Source: a virus (lineage: Duplodnaviria > Caudoviricetes). Taken from it: a DNA stretch of 52,050 bases. The number at the start of each line of letters is the position of its first letter. The first letter of the stretch is position 1. Below are positions 1 through 9,234 of the stretch, piece by piece. The notes under the pieces are model-generated. The model saw nothing but the letters and a program-made list of their open reading frames with translations, searched no databases and had not been told where the DNA came from. The stretch is taken from IMG/VR virus record IMGVR_UViG_3300031749_000006, positions 1 through 52,050 of that record; one strand, given 5' to 3'. The position numbers and the translations under genes are program-made.

Positions 1-18
1 CAGTCAAACCGAACCGCT

Positions 19-38
19 TGCTTGCTCATCAGCAAGCA
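19..38. promoter_or_regulatory. Perfect inverted repeat TGCTTGCT-CATC-AGCAAGCA, possible operator
   Basis: 8-bp arms with a 4-bp spacer, about 50 bp upstream of ORF 86..700. Confidence 0.4.
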
Positions 39-85
39 GAAGAAATCTCTTGCCTGCAGCTTGAAATGGCGAACATGAGAGCGGC

Positions 86-700
86 ATGAGAAGCGGCGGT
101 ATTCAGTTCAAGCTTGACCTGACCGATTTGCTGGCGCGGGCACGGCGGCAGGTGACCGGTCGCTTGGGTGATGTGACGCTCAATCTTCCGTTCATCAGTA
201 TCGCCGTAAGTCCGAGGGACACGGAGCGCCAATTCGCTCGGGAGATCGTAATCCGGCTTCGGGACCGCCGCGTGCTTTCGGCCTGGGAGTGTTGCGACAA
301 CTGCATCGACAACGCGTTGGCGTCACTTCGGGAAATTAGGAAGACACTCGTGGACAAGCAGGTGGAGCTTGCCGAGTTGCAGGATGGACCGCTCTATTTG
401 CTGCTCGATGCGATGGGGGCGGGCATTCGCCAGTTCATGACGTTCGAGGAGCTATTGCGCCGGGACACGGATGCACCGCGGCATCCGCGCTTTGGTGAGT
501 TTCGTCGGCCACCAGATACGCGGCAGGCCTATTTCGATGCTCTGGAGGTCCTGCGCGGACATCTCAGCCGTTGCCTTGGGCAAATCGCGACCATTGCCGG
601 CATGCCAGTGCCCAACGAGGGGCTGATCGCCAACTATCAGGGTCCTTGGCAGCTTGATGCGTACCAGGCGCTACCCGAACGCTTATTGCCGCCAAGCTAA
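86..700 (+). CDS. Hypothetical protein (204 aa), cargo gene convergent with the ICE backbone
   Basis: Long ORF with protein-like composition; no family recognised. Confidence 0.7.
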   Translation: MRSGGIQFKLDLTDLLARARRQVTGRLGDVTLNLPFISIAVSPRDTERQFAREIVIRLRDRRVLSAWECCDNCIDNALASLREIRKTLVDKQVELAELQDGPLYLLLDAMGAGIRQFMTFEELLRRDTDAPRHPRFGEFRRPPDTRQAYFDALEVLRGHLSRCLGQIATIAGMPVPNEGLIANYQGPWQLDAYQALPERLLPPS

Positions 701-709
701 CCGAGGTTG

Positions 710-1171
710 TTAAGTTTCCGAGATTCTCAACTTTCGAGTGAGCAGCAACCTGTCTCTGTGTCCAGTGCGGTCTGCGTCGCGTGATGCGTCGTCGACTTGG
801 GTAAGGGTTCGGGCAGACACCGCAAACGGATCGACGTCCCTCTGGACTGGCTGCGCGCGGCCCATCCACAGCTCGGGGCGGATGCGGCGTGCCCAGTCGG
901 CGAAGCTCGGGATGAAGCCGAGGTCCTCGCGGACGTGCTGCTCGCCGATCAACCGCACTGGCACGACACGCCCGCTCGAGACGGTGATGGTCGGCCCGAA
1001 GAACCGCTCCGCCATGAAGATGCCTTCGGCATGATGCCGCAGCGCCCGATGTCAAAAATCCGCTGTCAGCATCTTCGACTCGTCGAACCAGGAGTGCAGC
1101 CGCAGGTAGTCGTCCGCGGTCCCGCCCCAAAGGCGCGCCGAGGACAGGGCGTGATGATACGGGTGAGCCAT
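710..1171 (-). pseudogene. DUF6915-like protein with an internal nonsense codon
   Basis: ATG at 1171 gives MAHPYHHALSSARLWGG...WFDESK...ADF*HRALRHHAEGIF; in-frame TGA at 1052-1054 where CGA (Arg) would be expected. Confidence 0.7.
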
Positions 1172-1182
1172 TATCGCCTCCA

Positions 1183-1647
1183 TCAGAATTCGTGTTCGGA
1201 GTAGGAGGTCGTCATCAGGCGCTCCTTGTATTCCAAACGGATGGTGCGCTCGCCGACATCGAAGACGAATTCGCCATAGGCGCCGTCTTCGTTCTCCCAG
1301 CCGTCATGCACCTCTTCGAGGAAGTCGTAGGCCAGCTTTTCGATCGCGTCGCGCACCGGCATGGTCTCGGTCTGCACGCCGCTTCCGTCCCAGAGCCGGG
1401 TGCGGATCTCGATGGTGCCGTCGGGCAATTCGGCGGCGGTTTCGTCTGGGGCCGTCGCGTCGATGCTCTCGATCTGTCCGGAGTCACCGGCGCCGTCGAA
1501 GTGAACGGTGACACGCTGGATGCCAGCGGCCCGCAGGACGGCGAACAGCGCGGTCTTGTTTAGCGGTGTCACCTAGCGCGCCAACTGGACGCGCAGCCGG
1601 GCCTTGGCCTCGTACTGCGCGAAGGCATCGTGCGGGTTGTCGATCAT
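1183..1647 (-). pseudogene. DUF6878-like protein with an early in-frame TAG (or a shortened gene starting at GTG 1572)
   Basis: AAGGA RBS and ATG at 1647, MIDNPHDAF...QLAR*VTPLNKTALF...FDGAGDSGQIE...GWENEDGAYGEF; TAG at 1573-1575. Confidence 0.6.
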
Positions 1648-1721
1648 GGGGGTGATCCTTCGGGGTCCGGGAAAGCCGAAGCTCGGAAGGCCCGAGGCAG
1701 GGTGCCCCGGGCCTTCGCCCG

Positions 1722-2657
1722 TCACTCAGCGGCGATGGCCTGCGGCACGGCGGGATCATCGGCGTCGATCAGGAACGCCGGCAGTGCGGTGATTGCGTCG
1801 GCGTCACCGTCGGCCGCGCCCTCGGCTTCATCGTCACTGGCCGCGGGAGGGACGGCCGCAGCCTCAGGCAACCCGGGCGTGCGGAGTGGGTCGGGCAGCC
1901 AGCCGGTACCGGCAAGCAGCCGTTCGGCCTCCTGCGCCATCTCCGGCTTCTTCAGGTGGTCGATCAGCTGCGCGGCGTGCTCGCCCTTCGCCTCGCGCAC
2001 CGCCTCCAGGATGCGGGCCTTCGGCACCCGGCCGAGATAGGTCTCGACGGTCGGCGCCCAGCCCGCCGCCGTCATGTCGAGACCGACTGCCTGCGCCAGC
2101 CGATCGGCGTCGGCCAGCGCGCCCGGACGGCGGTTCCAGGGTTCGTGCAGCGCATTGATCGTCAGCGCCGCGCAATGCGCGAACAGCGCCGCGCGCGTGT
2201 CGGTGTCGAACCCGACGAGCGCGCCCCAGAGCTCTCCGGACGTCGCCGGCAACTGCTTCACCCACGCCTCGTGCCGCACGTCGATGGCCCTGGCGGATGC
2301 CGTGTCGTTCAGTCCCGGAGCCTGCGTCCCGAACCCGGCGCTCTTGGCCTCGATCTCCAGGCATGTGTCGGCGGCGGAGCGATAGAACAGGCGGAGACAA
2401 AGCGCGTGGAGCACGGCGAGGAACGCCGTGTCCCAATCGTTCCCCAAGGCTTCCCGTAACGCGAGCGTCCGGTGCGCGGTGAGTTCCGTCATCAGCCGCT
2501 CGGGCAGCGGCTTCAGCCCCTCGTCCTCCTCGGGCACCTCGGCGGACGGCTCCGCGGTCGTGGTGGTGGTGGTCGAGCGCGCCTCCGTGGCGGAGGGGTC
2601 CCGACCGGTATCGAGTACGGAGCTGGCCGGCTCCGCTGCATGATCGGGATCGTCGGG
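1722..2657 (-). pseudogene. C-terminal part of a long ParB-family protein, split by the prophage
   Basis: LMTELTAHRTLALR...YLGRVPKARILEAVREAKG...GWLPDPLRT tail typical of about 700-aa ICE/plasmid ParB-like proteins; joins 40989..42178 in frame across the TSD. Confidence 0.9.
2653..2657 (+). repeat. Left copy of the 5-bp target site duplication TCGGG
   Basis: Identical to 40989..40993; immediately followed by TG. Confidence 0.9.
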
Positions 2658-2712
2658 TGTAGCCGGCCGCTGTTTTCTGGAATTCCTGCCACTCATTTCT
2701 GGAAAAATGAGT
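2658..2712 (+). repeat. Prophage end with putative transposase-binding sites
   Basis: CTGTTTTCTGGA (2670) and CTCATTTCTGGA (2692), 22 bp apart; the other end has CTGTAATCTGGA at the same distance from its terminal TG; palindrome ACTCATTT-N6-AAATGAGT at 2691-2712. Confidence 0.65.
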
Positions 2713-2788
2713 TTTTGGGCAATTCCCTAACCTAGGGCGGTAACAAAGCGCACCCTAAGACGTCTCCAGAGACCCTCTGAAAGGCTCC

Positions 2789-3097
2789 TTACAGAAGCGG
2801 AGCACCTTCAGCCGCTACGTCATCTGTATCGGGTGGAGGGGGTTCGACGTAAAGGGCGACAGGCACTTGCCATCCCCATACGCGCAATACGATCTGGCCT
2901 CCCCGATTGAGCATCTCGAGTTCAGCCGGCGTCGGCTCCCACGCTGATTCACAGAACTGAACGGCCGCTTTTCCCTCAAGCGCACGCGGGGGGAATACGC
3001 GTATTGGCAGCGCGCCGCACTCCCCCTCTCGCGCAGGATTCCACCCATGAGGCGCTCCTGGTGCAGCATTCCACCCGGCGATTACTTTCTTGAGCAC
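2789..3097 (-). CDS. Phage hypothetical protein (102 aa), last gene of the late region
   Basis: GGAGG RBS and GTG; C..LPIR...SAWEPTPAEL motif. Confidence 0.65.
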   Translation of the reverse strand: MLKKVIAGWNAAPGAPHGWNPAREGECGALPIRVFPPRALEGKAAVQFCESAWEPTPAELEMLNRGGQIVLRVWGWQVPVALYVEPPPPDTDDVAAEGAPLL

Positions 3098-3120
3098 GCT
3101 GGCCCTCCTACTTTCTCACC

Positions 3121-3669
3121 TCAGGCGGTAGGCCAGGTGCCCTTGGAGTTATCGAGATCGAGGGCCGCGATGCTGGCAGCGGTTGCTGTCGAGGCCATGA
3201 TCTGCGCCGTGAGATCAGCGGCGTGGAATTCATTGTCGGCCACGTAGTCACCTACGGCCGTTCCGAAAGCGACCATGTCCTGCGCGGTCGCAATGGGCAC
3301 GCCGGGATTGCCAAGCGCAAACGGCGGCCATGTGCGCGAGGTCCAAGTCACGGCGCTCCGGGCGGCGAGAATGTTTTCGGCCATGTTCGCGACGCGATCG
3401 ATCTTGCCTTGCGCGGCGTCGTCGCAGGCGACAAGAACGCCGCCGTATATGAACCCGGCCGCGATACGGGCCGCCAGCGTCGCGGCGACGGTCGCGAGGG
3501 CTTGCTGCTGGATTGCAGGGAGCGGATTATATGCTGCTGCGAGCGATTGCGCCTTGGCGAGATCGGACACGTAGAGCGTCGTGCCGATATAGCGTGGTGA
3601 CAGCCTAGCGGCAGACAGGGCGCTAAGCAACCCCGGCTGATCCACGTAATTTAAATACGCAGCGCTCAT
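3121..3669 (-). CDS. DUF4376-like protein, putative fibre assembly chaperone
   Basis: Follows a fibre-like gene with ATGA overlap; GFIYGG...DDAAQGKI pattern. Confidence 0.55.
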   Translation of the reverse strand: MSAAYLNYVDQPGLLSALSAARLSPRYIGTTLYVSDLAKAQSLAAAYNPLPAIQQQALATVAATLAARIAAGFIYGGVLVACDDAAQGKIDRVANMAENILAARSAVTWTSRTWPPFALGNPGVPIATAQDMVAFGTAVGDYVADNEFHAADLTAQIMASTATAASIAALDLDNSKGTWPTA

Positions 3670-4397
3670 CGTTCAGCAACTATGATCGGGCGAGAGCCCT
3701 GCGTCTGATAGCTATTTTGCCCGGAAAACGTTGAATTCGCGGGAGGCGTCGTCGGCATCGCGCCGTATGACACTCCAGTCTGCGAGCTGATCAGAACTGG
3801 ATATTGATAGTATAGGCCCGTGGGGCCGCCGTAAAACGCTGCGGGCACGACTCCACCTCCGGAGGGTTGTGCGTTCTCAACAAGCAAATCAGGTGCAGTT
3901 GTTCCAATGAGAAGATCGAAAATATAAGCACCCGGAGAAAGGGTGCCTGAGACAGTATTTGTTCCGAACGCGGGGGTGCTTGCGGCGGTAGGCGAAAGGT
4001 CGCCGCTATCGTATAGCAGGGATCCGGCTTCTCCTGTTGTGAGGAACGGATAGAGCCCCAGGCGACAAATCGCCCCGGAAACTCCGGTGTTTGGAAGCAC
4101 CCCCAGATATTTCGGCGTGAAGGGATATTTCCACGCCATCGCAAAGCGGATCAACGTTCCGCTCGCCCACGTATTGCTGACGCTGCCCGACCACAATGTA
4201 TCATTGATGATGAAGGGCGATCCCGCGACCGCGTAGCCATAGGGCGCACCCGGAGCCGCGGCTGGCAGCATCGAGTTGTCCAGCAGTCCTCCGGACCCCA
4301 GGATCGGCACCTTCCCCGCATCCGCCGCGCCTGCGCTCGCGGCGACCCCCGCCAGCGCCTGGAGGCGCCCCGCAACAAGCTGAAGGATCGAGGCCAT
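3666..4397 (-). CDS. Putative second fibre/receptor-binding protein (243 aa)
   Basis: N-terminus paralogous to 4407..4913; beta-rich C-terminus with visibly lower GC. Confidence 0.55.
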   Translation of the reverse strand: MASILQLVAGRLQALAGVAASAGAADAGKVPILGSGGLLDNSMLPAAAPGAPYGYAVAGSPFIINDTLWSGSVSNTWASGTLIRFAMAWKYPFTPKYLGVLPNTGVSGAICRLGLYPFLTTGEAGSLLYDSGDLSPTAASTPAFGTNTVSGTLSPGAYIFDLLIGTTAPDLLVENAQPSGGGVVPAAFYGGPTGLYYQYPVLISSQTGVSYGAMPTTPPANSTFSGQNSYQTQGSRPIIVAER

Positions 4398-4406
4398 TCT
4401 ACCGCC

Positions 4407-4913
4407 TCAGTTCGTGATCGGGTCCGACGGCCGGAACATGACCGAGGTCGCGGAGAGTGCGGTCCCCACCATCTGGGTGATCGAGCCCGCCGCGGTAGGC
4501 GCCGCAGACACCAGGCCACCCACGGTCCCCAGAAACTGATACGCGCCCGGCGTGAGGCCGCTCAGCCCGGTCACGACGCCCTGGAGCGTAATGGTGCCGG
4601 TCGCGCCGCTGGCGATCGCCGCCAGCGCGAAGCCGGTGGCTTCTTTACCAGCCGCGGTGTTGTCGGCGTTGCGCACGCTCACCGTTCCGGCGTTGTTGTA
4701 GACGTTGACGATCGCCCCGGCCGAGATGGCCTCGCTCGCCGTTGCCGAGATCGATGCTTCGCCGGAGGCCGCGCCCAGCATGGTGGCGTCGATCTGCCCG
4801 GCGGAGTTGAGTGCCACGATGTCGCCGGCCGAGGCCGAGCCGGCCGACGACTGGACCGGAGAGAGTTGCTGGATGCGCCCGCTGACGAGCGCGAGGAATT
4901 TCTGAAGAGCCAC
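4407..4913 (-). CDS. Virion appendage/adaptor protein (168 aa)
   Basis: Ala/Gly/Thr-rich; shares its N-terminus with 3666..4397 and its C-terminus with 4922..5377. Confidence 0.6.
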   Translation of the reverse strand: MALQKFLALVSGRIQQLSPVQSSAGSASAGDIVALNSAGQIDATMLGAASGEASISATASEAISAGAIVNVYNNAGTVSVRNADNTAAGKEATGFALAAIASGATGTITLQGVVTGLSGLTPGAYQFLGTVGGLVSAAPTAAGSITQMVGTALSATSVMFRPSDPITN

Positions 4914-4921
4914 GATTCACC

Positions 4922-5377
4922 TCACAGGATTATGGGATCGCCGAGGGCGATCACGAGAGTCGTCGCGTCCTGAGCGACGCCGACGATTTGCAGGAAACCG
5001 GCCGCCGGGGGCGTTTGTGTCAGCACCCCCGCAGGCCCGACATACACGGGGGCACCAGGCGTCCAGGCCCATCCGCCGAATTCCATCTGCCCGGCCGCCT
5101 GGACCTCGAGCGAGCCGCCGGCGATGGCTGCCGTGGCCGCAATCCCCATCACCGCGCCGGCGATCGCCACCGTCCCCGAATCAGCCGGCACCACGCCGCC
5201 GCTAGATGCCGCGACGGCCAGCTGTCCGCTGATCGTGACGGCGGCCGTCGCGAGAAAGACATCCGCGCCAGTCCCGGCGCCGGCCGACGGCGGTACCGGT
5301 ACCGGCCCGCGCACCACTTCCGTCGAGGGGATGAGGACGTCCTGGGTGATCGTGATACTGGCGGGGAAAGCGACCAT
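4922..5377 (-). CDS. Virion appendage/cement-like protein (151 aa)
   Basis: WTPGAPVYVGPAGVLTQTPP...QIVGVA motif; translationally coupled to the upstream gene. Confidence 0.6.
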   Translation of the reverse strand: MVAFPASITITQDVLIPSTEVVRGPVPVPPSAGAGTGADVFLATAAVTISGQLAVAASSGGVVPADSGTVAIAGAVMGIAATAAIAGGSLEVQAAGQMEFGGWAWTPGAPVYVGPAGVLTQTPPAAGFLQIVGVAQDATTLVIALGDPIIL

Positions 5378-5772
5378 CAGCCCACCGGTGCGAAAGGTGA
5401 CGGCGCCGGCGGCGGCGCACCGGCATCGCCGACGGGATCATAGGTCGCACCCGGCGGCGAGAGCTCGGTCACCGGCCGCTCGACGCGGATCCCGAACGCT
5501 TCGCTGATCGAGGCGGTGCCATCGGGATCCGTGACCACGATATCGCCGCGCAGAAGGCCGAGCGGCCATGCGGCCGTGCTCGGCACATACACGCTCGCGG
5601 CGCCGGCGACGGTCGACGCCTGCGGCTGCAGCACCTGCACCAGGTTGTCGCGCGCATCCCGCACGGTCCCCCCGAGCACCACGGTCGTCAGGTCGAACGC
5701 GCTCCCGTCCGCATTGGCGAACACGACATTGAGGCTGAGCGGCATCCCACGCTTGATGCGTACGTCCGTCAC
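5377..5772 (-). CDS. Hypothetical structural protein (possibly a BppU-like adaptor)
   Basis: GTGA overlap start; IKRG...FDLT...VRD beta pattern. Confidence 0.5.
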   Translation of the reverse strand: MTDVRIKRGMPLSLNVVFANADGSAFDLTTVVLGGTVRDARDNLVQVLQPQASTVAGAASVYVPSTAAWPLGLLRGDIVVTDPDGTASISEAFGIRVERPVTELSPPGATYDPVGDAGAPPPAPSPFAPVG

Positions 5773-6122
5773 CAGGCGCCTTTCAGCAGCCATAAAGCCG
5801 CGATCCAGAGACCTTTCAGAAGGAGCACGAGTACGAGCGCCACGATGGGCGGACCGAACACCAGGCAGAGCGCCGCGCGCACCTTGTTCATCGGTTTCAT
5901 CGGCACGCCGCCGGCGAGCTGGTTGGCGCAGTGGTTCCGCTGGATGAGCACCGAGAAGATCGCGCACGCCAGGTGCGCGAGGAACGCGCCGTGCCGGCTT
6001 TCCATCTCGGCGTAGAGTGACACCGTCTCGCCGCGAGGCGCGCCGATCGCGGCCGCCTCGGTGCGATCCAGCGCCACGAAGTCGGCCTCGAGAACCGCCC
6101 AGATGTCGCTCCAGTAGCTCAC
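5769..6122 (-). CDS. Hypothetical protein with a C-terminal transmembrane segment
   Basis: GTGA overlap with 6119..6631; ETVS...C...NHC motif and hydrophobic tail. Confidence 0.55.
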   Translation of the reverse strand: MSYWSDIWAVLEADFVALDRTEAAAIGAPRGETVSLYAEMESRHGAFLAHLACAIFSVLIQRNHCANQLAGGVPMKPMNKVRAALCLVFGPPIVALVLVLLLKGLWIAALWLLKGAW

Positions 6123-6631
6123 GGAATGGTTCCGAAATTCGACGCGGTCGGCAGCGCGGTGGCGATGCCGGCGATGCAATCTTCCAGCAGGGTCAGATAG
6201 TCGCCGAGCGTCTGATACAGCGCCTCGAATTGGGCCGGTGTCAGCGTATGAGGCTTACCGTCGATATCGGCGACGGTGATTGTGGGCGCCTTGTTCGGGA
6301 AGGTTCCGAATTTGTCGTAATATTGCAGGAGAGAGGCGAACCGAAGCTGCGTCGTGGCGGTCAGCTGGAACGTGCCGAGAGCGCCGTTCGCGGTGCTGGT
6401 GATGGCGAGACCGGCGCCGATGGCGCCGGCGGCTTGTTGAGCGAGCGTGGGTGCGGGCGCGACAGGCGCGACGAGGGCACCCTTGACATAGGACCATCCA
6501 GCGATGTCATGCGGTAGCTGGGCGTAAATCGAGGCCGGGACGCTGACCGCGCCGGTCGGGGCACCTGAAGCTGGGCCACTATATGCAGCACTAATGAGGC
6601 CAGCGGAATCGGTAACGAGGTATGTGGGCAT
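6119..6631 (-). CDS. Putative tail fibre assembly protein
   Basis: Directly after the tail fibre; GWSYVKGALVAP motif. Confidence 0.55.
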   Translation of the reverse strand: MPTYLVTDSAGLISAAYSGPASGAPTGAVSVPASIYAQLPHDIAGWSYVKGALVAPVAPAPTLAQQAAGAIGAGLAITSTANGALGTFQLTATTQLRFASLLQYYDKFGTFPNKAPTITVADIDGKPHTLTPAQFEALYQTLGDYLTLLEDCIAGIATALPTASNFGTIP

Positions 6632-7557
6632 CAGGCGTTCCTCACTCGAAGATCAAGATGCGCAGAGTTCATTGCCATTTGGCCTGAACTGCCCCCACCT
6701 CCGGCAACCGCGACTGCAAGAGTAAACGTCACAGTAGTGCCGGGCGCATAGACTGTTGGCATGACGAAACTGCTTTCGACCCCACAACTGAGGCTGGCAT
6801 TTGTGAAGATGAGCCAATTAGTGCCATCTTCTGTCGTGGTACCATCTGATAGATGCAGTAGAAAATTTTGTTGCATGGCGGCGGTCGCACCGCCGATAAG
6901 CCAGCCATGCCCGTCCACGACAAAGCCATCCGTTTCGCTGTAACTTGGGAAGGTAACGGACTGCGTGACTAGCGTATAAGTCGAGTTGTTCGCCGTCGTG
7001 GTGCTTTGCGCGACCGTCTGCTGATAAAGCTCGCCTTGATGCGGCTTTGCCTCGTTCCACAAATAATGCCACGCAGCGCCCCCATCGTTGATGACGGCAC
7101 ATACTTGGCCCGGCAGCAAAACGTCCGTTAGAAGGTCGGCCGCATCGCCCGAAGCTGGCGCAATCGTCAGGGACGCCGTCCCCTGATTGGAAATCACGAT
7201 GGGGGCCGAATATGCAGCGGCTGCATTCGCCGCAGGAAGCGTGAAGGTCGCTGCGGATGCGCCGATAAAGAATACGATTGCGTTGGCGTGAGCGACTGTC
7301 AGCGTCGCTGAAGACGAATAACCCGCAGAGCCTCCGACAAACCCTACTTTACGGATGGCTTGAAGTACCTGCGTCTGGTCCGTCTCGCTCGGCGTGAGAC
7401 CGGCACCTTCCACCAGGTTGATGAGCTCATTGGTGACGTTGTTTGCCCACCGTGCCGTCCAATAAGTGCCCACCGGAATATTGAGCGCCGGGTTCGCGTC
7501 CTGGAACTGCGGAACGCCGTTGACAGTCACAGAGTAGGCGCCGTCGGTCCAATACAT
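6631..7557 (-). CDS. Tail fibre protein (Mu gp49/S-type N-terminus)
   Basis: GT..TA.WANNVTNELINLVEGAGLTP...QVLQAI anchor after gp48; lower-GC C-terminus. Confidence 0.75.
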   Translation of the reverse strand: MYWTDGAYSVTVNGVPQFQDANPALNIPVGTYWTARWANNVTNELINLVEGAGLTPSETDQTQVLQAIRKVGFVGGSAGYSSSATLTVAHANAIVFFIGASAATFTLPAANAAAAYSAPIVISNQGTASLTIAPASGDAADLLTDVLLPGQVCAVINDGGAAWHYLWNEAKPHQGELYQQTVAQSTTTANNSTYTLVTQSVTFPSYSETDGFVVDGHGWLIGGATAAMQQNFLLHLSDGTTTEDGTNWLIFTNASLSCGVESSFVMPTVYAPGTTVTFTLAVAVAGGGGSSGQMAMNSAHLDLRVRNA

Positions 7558-7561
7558 CAGA

Positions 7562-8182
7562 TCACCCCGTGTAGGAGAAATATGGCGTGGTGTGCGCGGG
7601 TGCACGCTGCTGGATGACGCCCTGCACCAGCGAAACCGGGAAGTAGGAAGATGGCTGACCGCACTGCAGAACGCCGCACTGGCCGGTCTGAAGTGCGGGG
7701 GCAGGCAGCGTCACAATCCAGGCGTAAGGGGTCGGCGCGTTCATGCATCCCGGCCCGGCCCCGCATTGCATGCGGCCGCACTCGCCGGGCGAGAATTCCT
7801 TGATCGTGATCGTTACCCCGAGGTCCGCAGCCAGCTGGATGAAATCAGCCGGGCGCACCCCGTATTGCTGCTTCCAGCGGGACGCCGCGAGCTGCTGGCG
7901 CTGGGCCGTCGTCATCAGCGCCGGATCGCGGCCGAACGGATCGGGCCCGAGCACGCGCTCATAATCGGGGAGGAGGTAGAGCGCCGAGGCTGGGTCGATT
8001 TCTTCATCGAAGGCCGAGAGCGTGCCCTCAGCATCCGAGAGCGCACCGGCGAGCGGGGAAAGCATTGTCGCCCAGGTCGTGTCGGCGGTCATGGGCATCG
8101 CGTCGCCGGAAGGGGATAGCGCGAGCAGGTCATCCAACGCCTGCTCTGGCGTCCGCGCGGTGAAGGTGCGGATGCCGCTCAT
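7562..8182 (-). CDS. Baseplate protein, Mu gp48-like (DUF2313)
   Basis: EIDPASA..LLPDYERVLG, C-terminal PAHT; position. Confidence 0.8.
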   Translation of the reverse strand: MSGIRTFTARTPEQALDDLLALSPSGDAMPMTADTTWATMLSPLAGALSDAEGTLSAFDEEIDPASALYLLPDYERVLGPDPFGRDPALMTTAQRQQLAASRWKQQYGVRPADFIQLAADLGVTITIKEFSPGECGRMQCGAGPGCMNAPTPYAWIVTLPAPALQTGQCGVLQCGQPSSYFPVSLVQGVIQQRAPAHTTPYFSYTG

Positions 8183-9234
8183 GAGAAAGTCACCGTCCCG
8201 AGGACCGGGAGCGCCGTCGGCCCGGTCGCCGCCACATCCGCCGTGGGCGCGAGCAGCTCGTGATAGGTCTCACCGTCGGAATACTCGATGGCCGCCGACA
8301 GGCTGGAATAGTAAATCGGCGATCCGATGGCAGAAGCGCCCGCGAAGAACAGGGTCAGCGCGGCGTTCGCCGCCTGCTGAATGGCAACCGTGTTCGGCCG
8401 CACCTGGAGCGAGATATCAACGGGCTGCAGCGTCGCCGCGACGACGTTGACGGTCGCGCTGACGGGCCTCTTCTGGGCGATGTAGGCTGCGATGTCGGCC
8501 AGCTCGGTCGCGGTCGGCACGGTGGGCCCATTCATCGCCACCACCACCGTCACCGAACCGCCGGCCTGGAGTGAAGGCGGGCACGCGGCGAACGCGACGT
8601 TCGGGATGGCCGCGGTGGCCCATTCGACATAGTCGTCGGCCGACCCTCCCGCCGGCTCGAGGCGTATGCGCTCGAGGATGCGCTGGCGCCACGAATCGAG
8701 CGGCTCGAGATCGAGACCACCCGTGATGCCGTTCGCATCCACGGTCGCGGATTGAGGCGAGATCTCGCTGATCGGACTCACCGGATAGAGGACCGCCCCG
8801 GCCGGGAGGTTCCCAGCGCTTCCCGCGACCAGCGCCTGAAGCGGCACGGAGACGTTCGCGCCCAGCTGCACCGCCGCCGTGGTCACGTAGATCACCGGGG
8901 TCGCGCTTTGCGTCTGGAACTGCGTGCCAACCGGGAGGGTATCGCCGGGGACGCCCGAGAGGAGGACGTTGCCGCCGGCGAAGGTTGGCTGGACGCGGGG
9001 AACGCCCCAGATCTGAGCGTGGCGCGGCAGCCAGTCCGTGGCGGTGTCAGGCATCAGCTGCTCGGCGAGGTAGCCCTGCTCGTAATACAGGTCCTGCACC
9101 CCGAGTTCGGTCACCCGGCAGATCGCCGTGGCGCCCGTATTGTCCGACCGCGCATCGATGCCGGGGAGAGCCCTTTCGAAGACGGCCGCCGCCCGCGATG
9201 AAATCGAGCCGGGCGCTGGGATCGGCCAGGGCAT
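8179..9234 (-). CDS. Baseplate J-like protein (Mu gp47)
   Basis: PDTA...GG.DLE....WRQRI....PAGGSADDYVEWA. Confidence 0.9.
   Translation of the reverse strand: MPWPIPAPGSISSRAAAVFERALPGIDARSDNTGATAICRVTELGVQDLYYEQGYLAEQLMPDTATDWLPRHAQIWGVPRVQPTFAGGNVLLSGVPGDTLPVGTQFQTQSATPVIYVTTAAVQLGANVSVPLQALVAGSAGNLPAGAVLYPVSPISEISPQSATVDANGITGGLDLEPLDSWRQRILERIRLEPAGGSADDYVEWATAAIPNVAFAACPPSLQAGGSVTVVVAMNGPTVPTATELADIAAYIAQKRPVSATVNVVAATLQPVDISLQVRPNTVAIQQAANAALTLFFAGASAIGSPIYYSSLSAAIEYSDGETYHELLAPTADVAATGPTALPVLGTVTFS

Noticed and set aside
3121-7557. Invertible fibre segment or diversity-generating retroelement
   Set aside because: No invertase, reverse transcriptase, inverted fibre copy or template/variable repeat pair is seen
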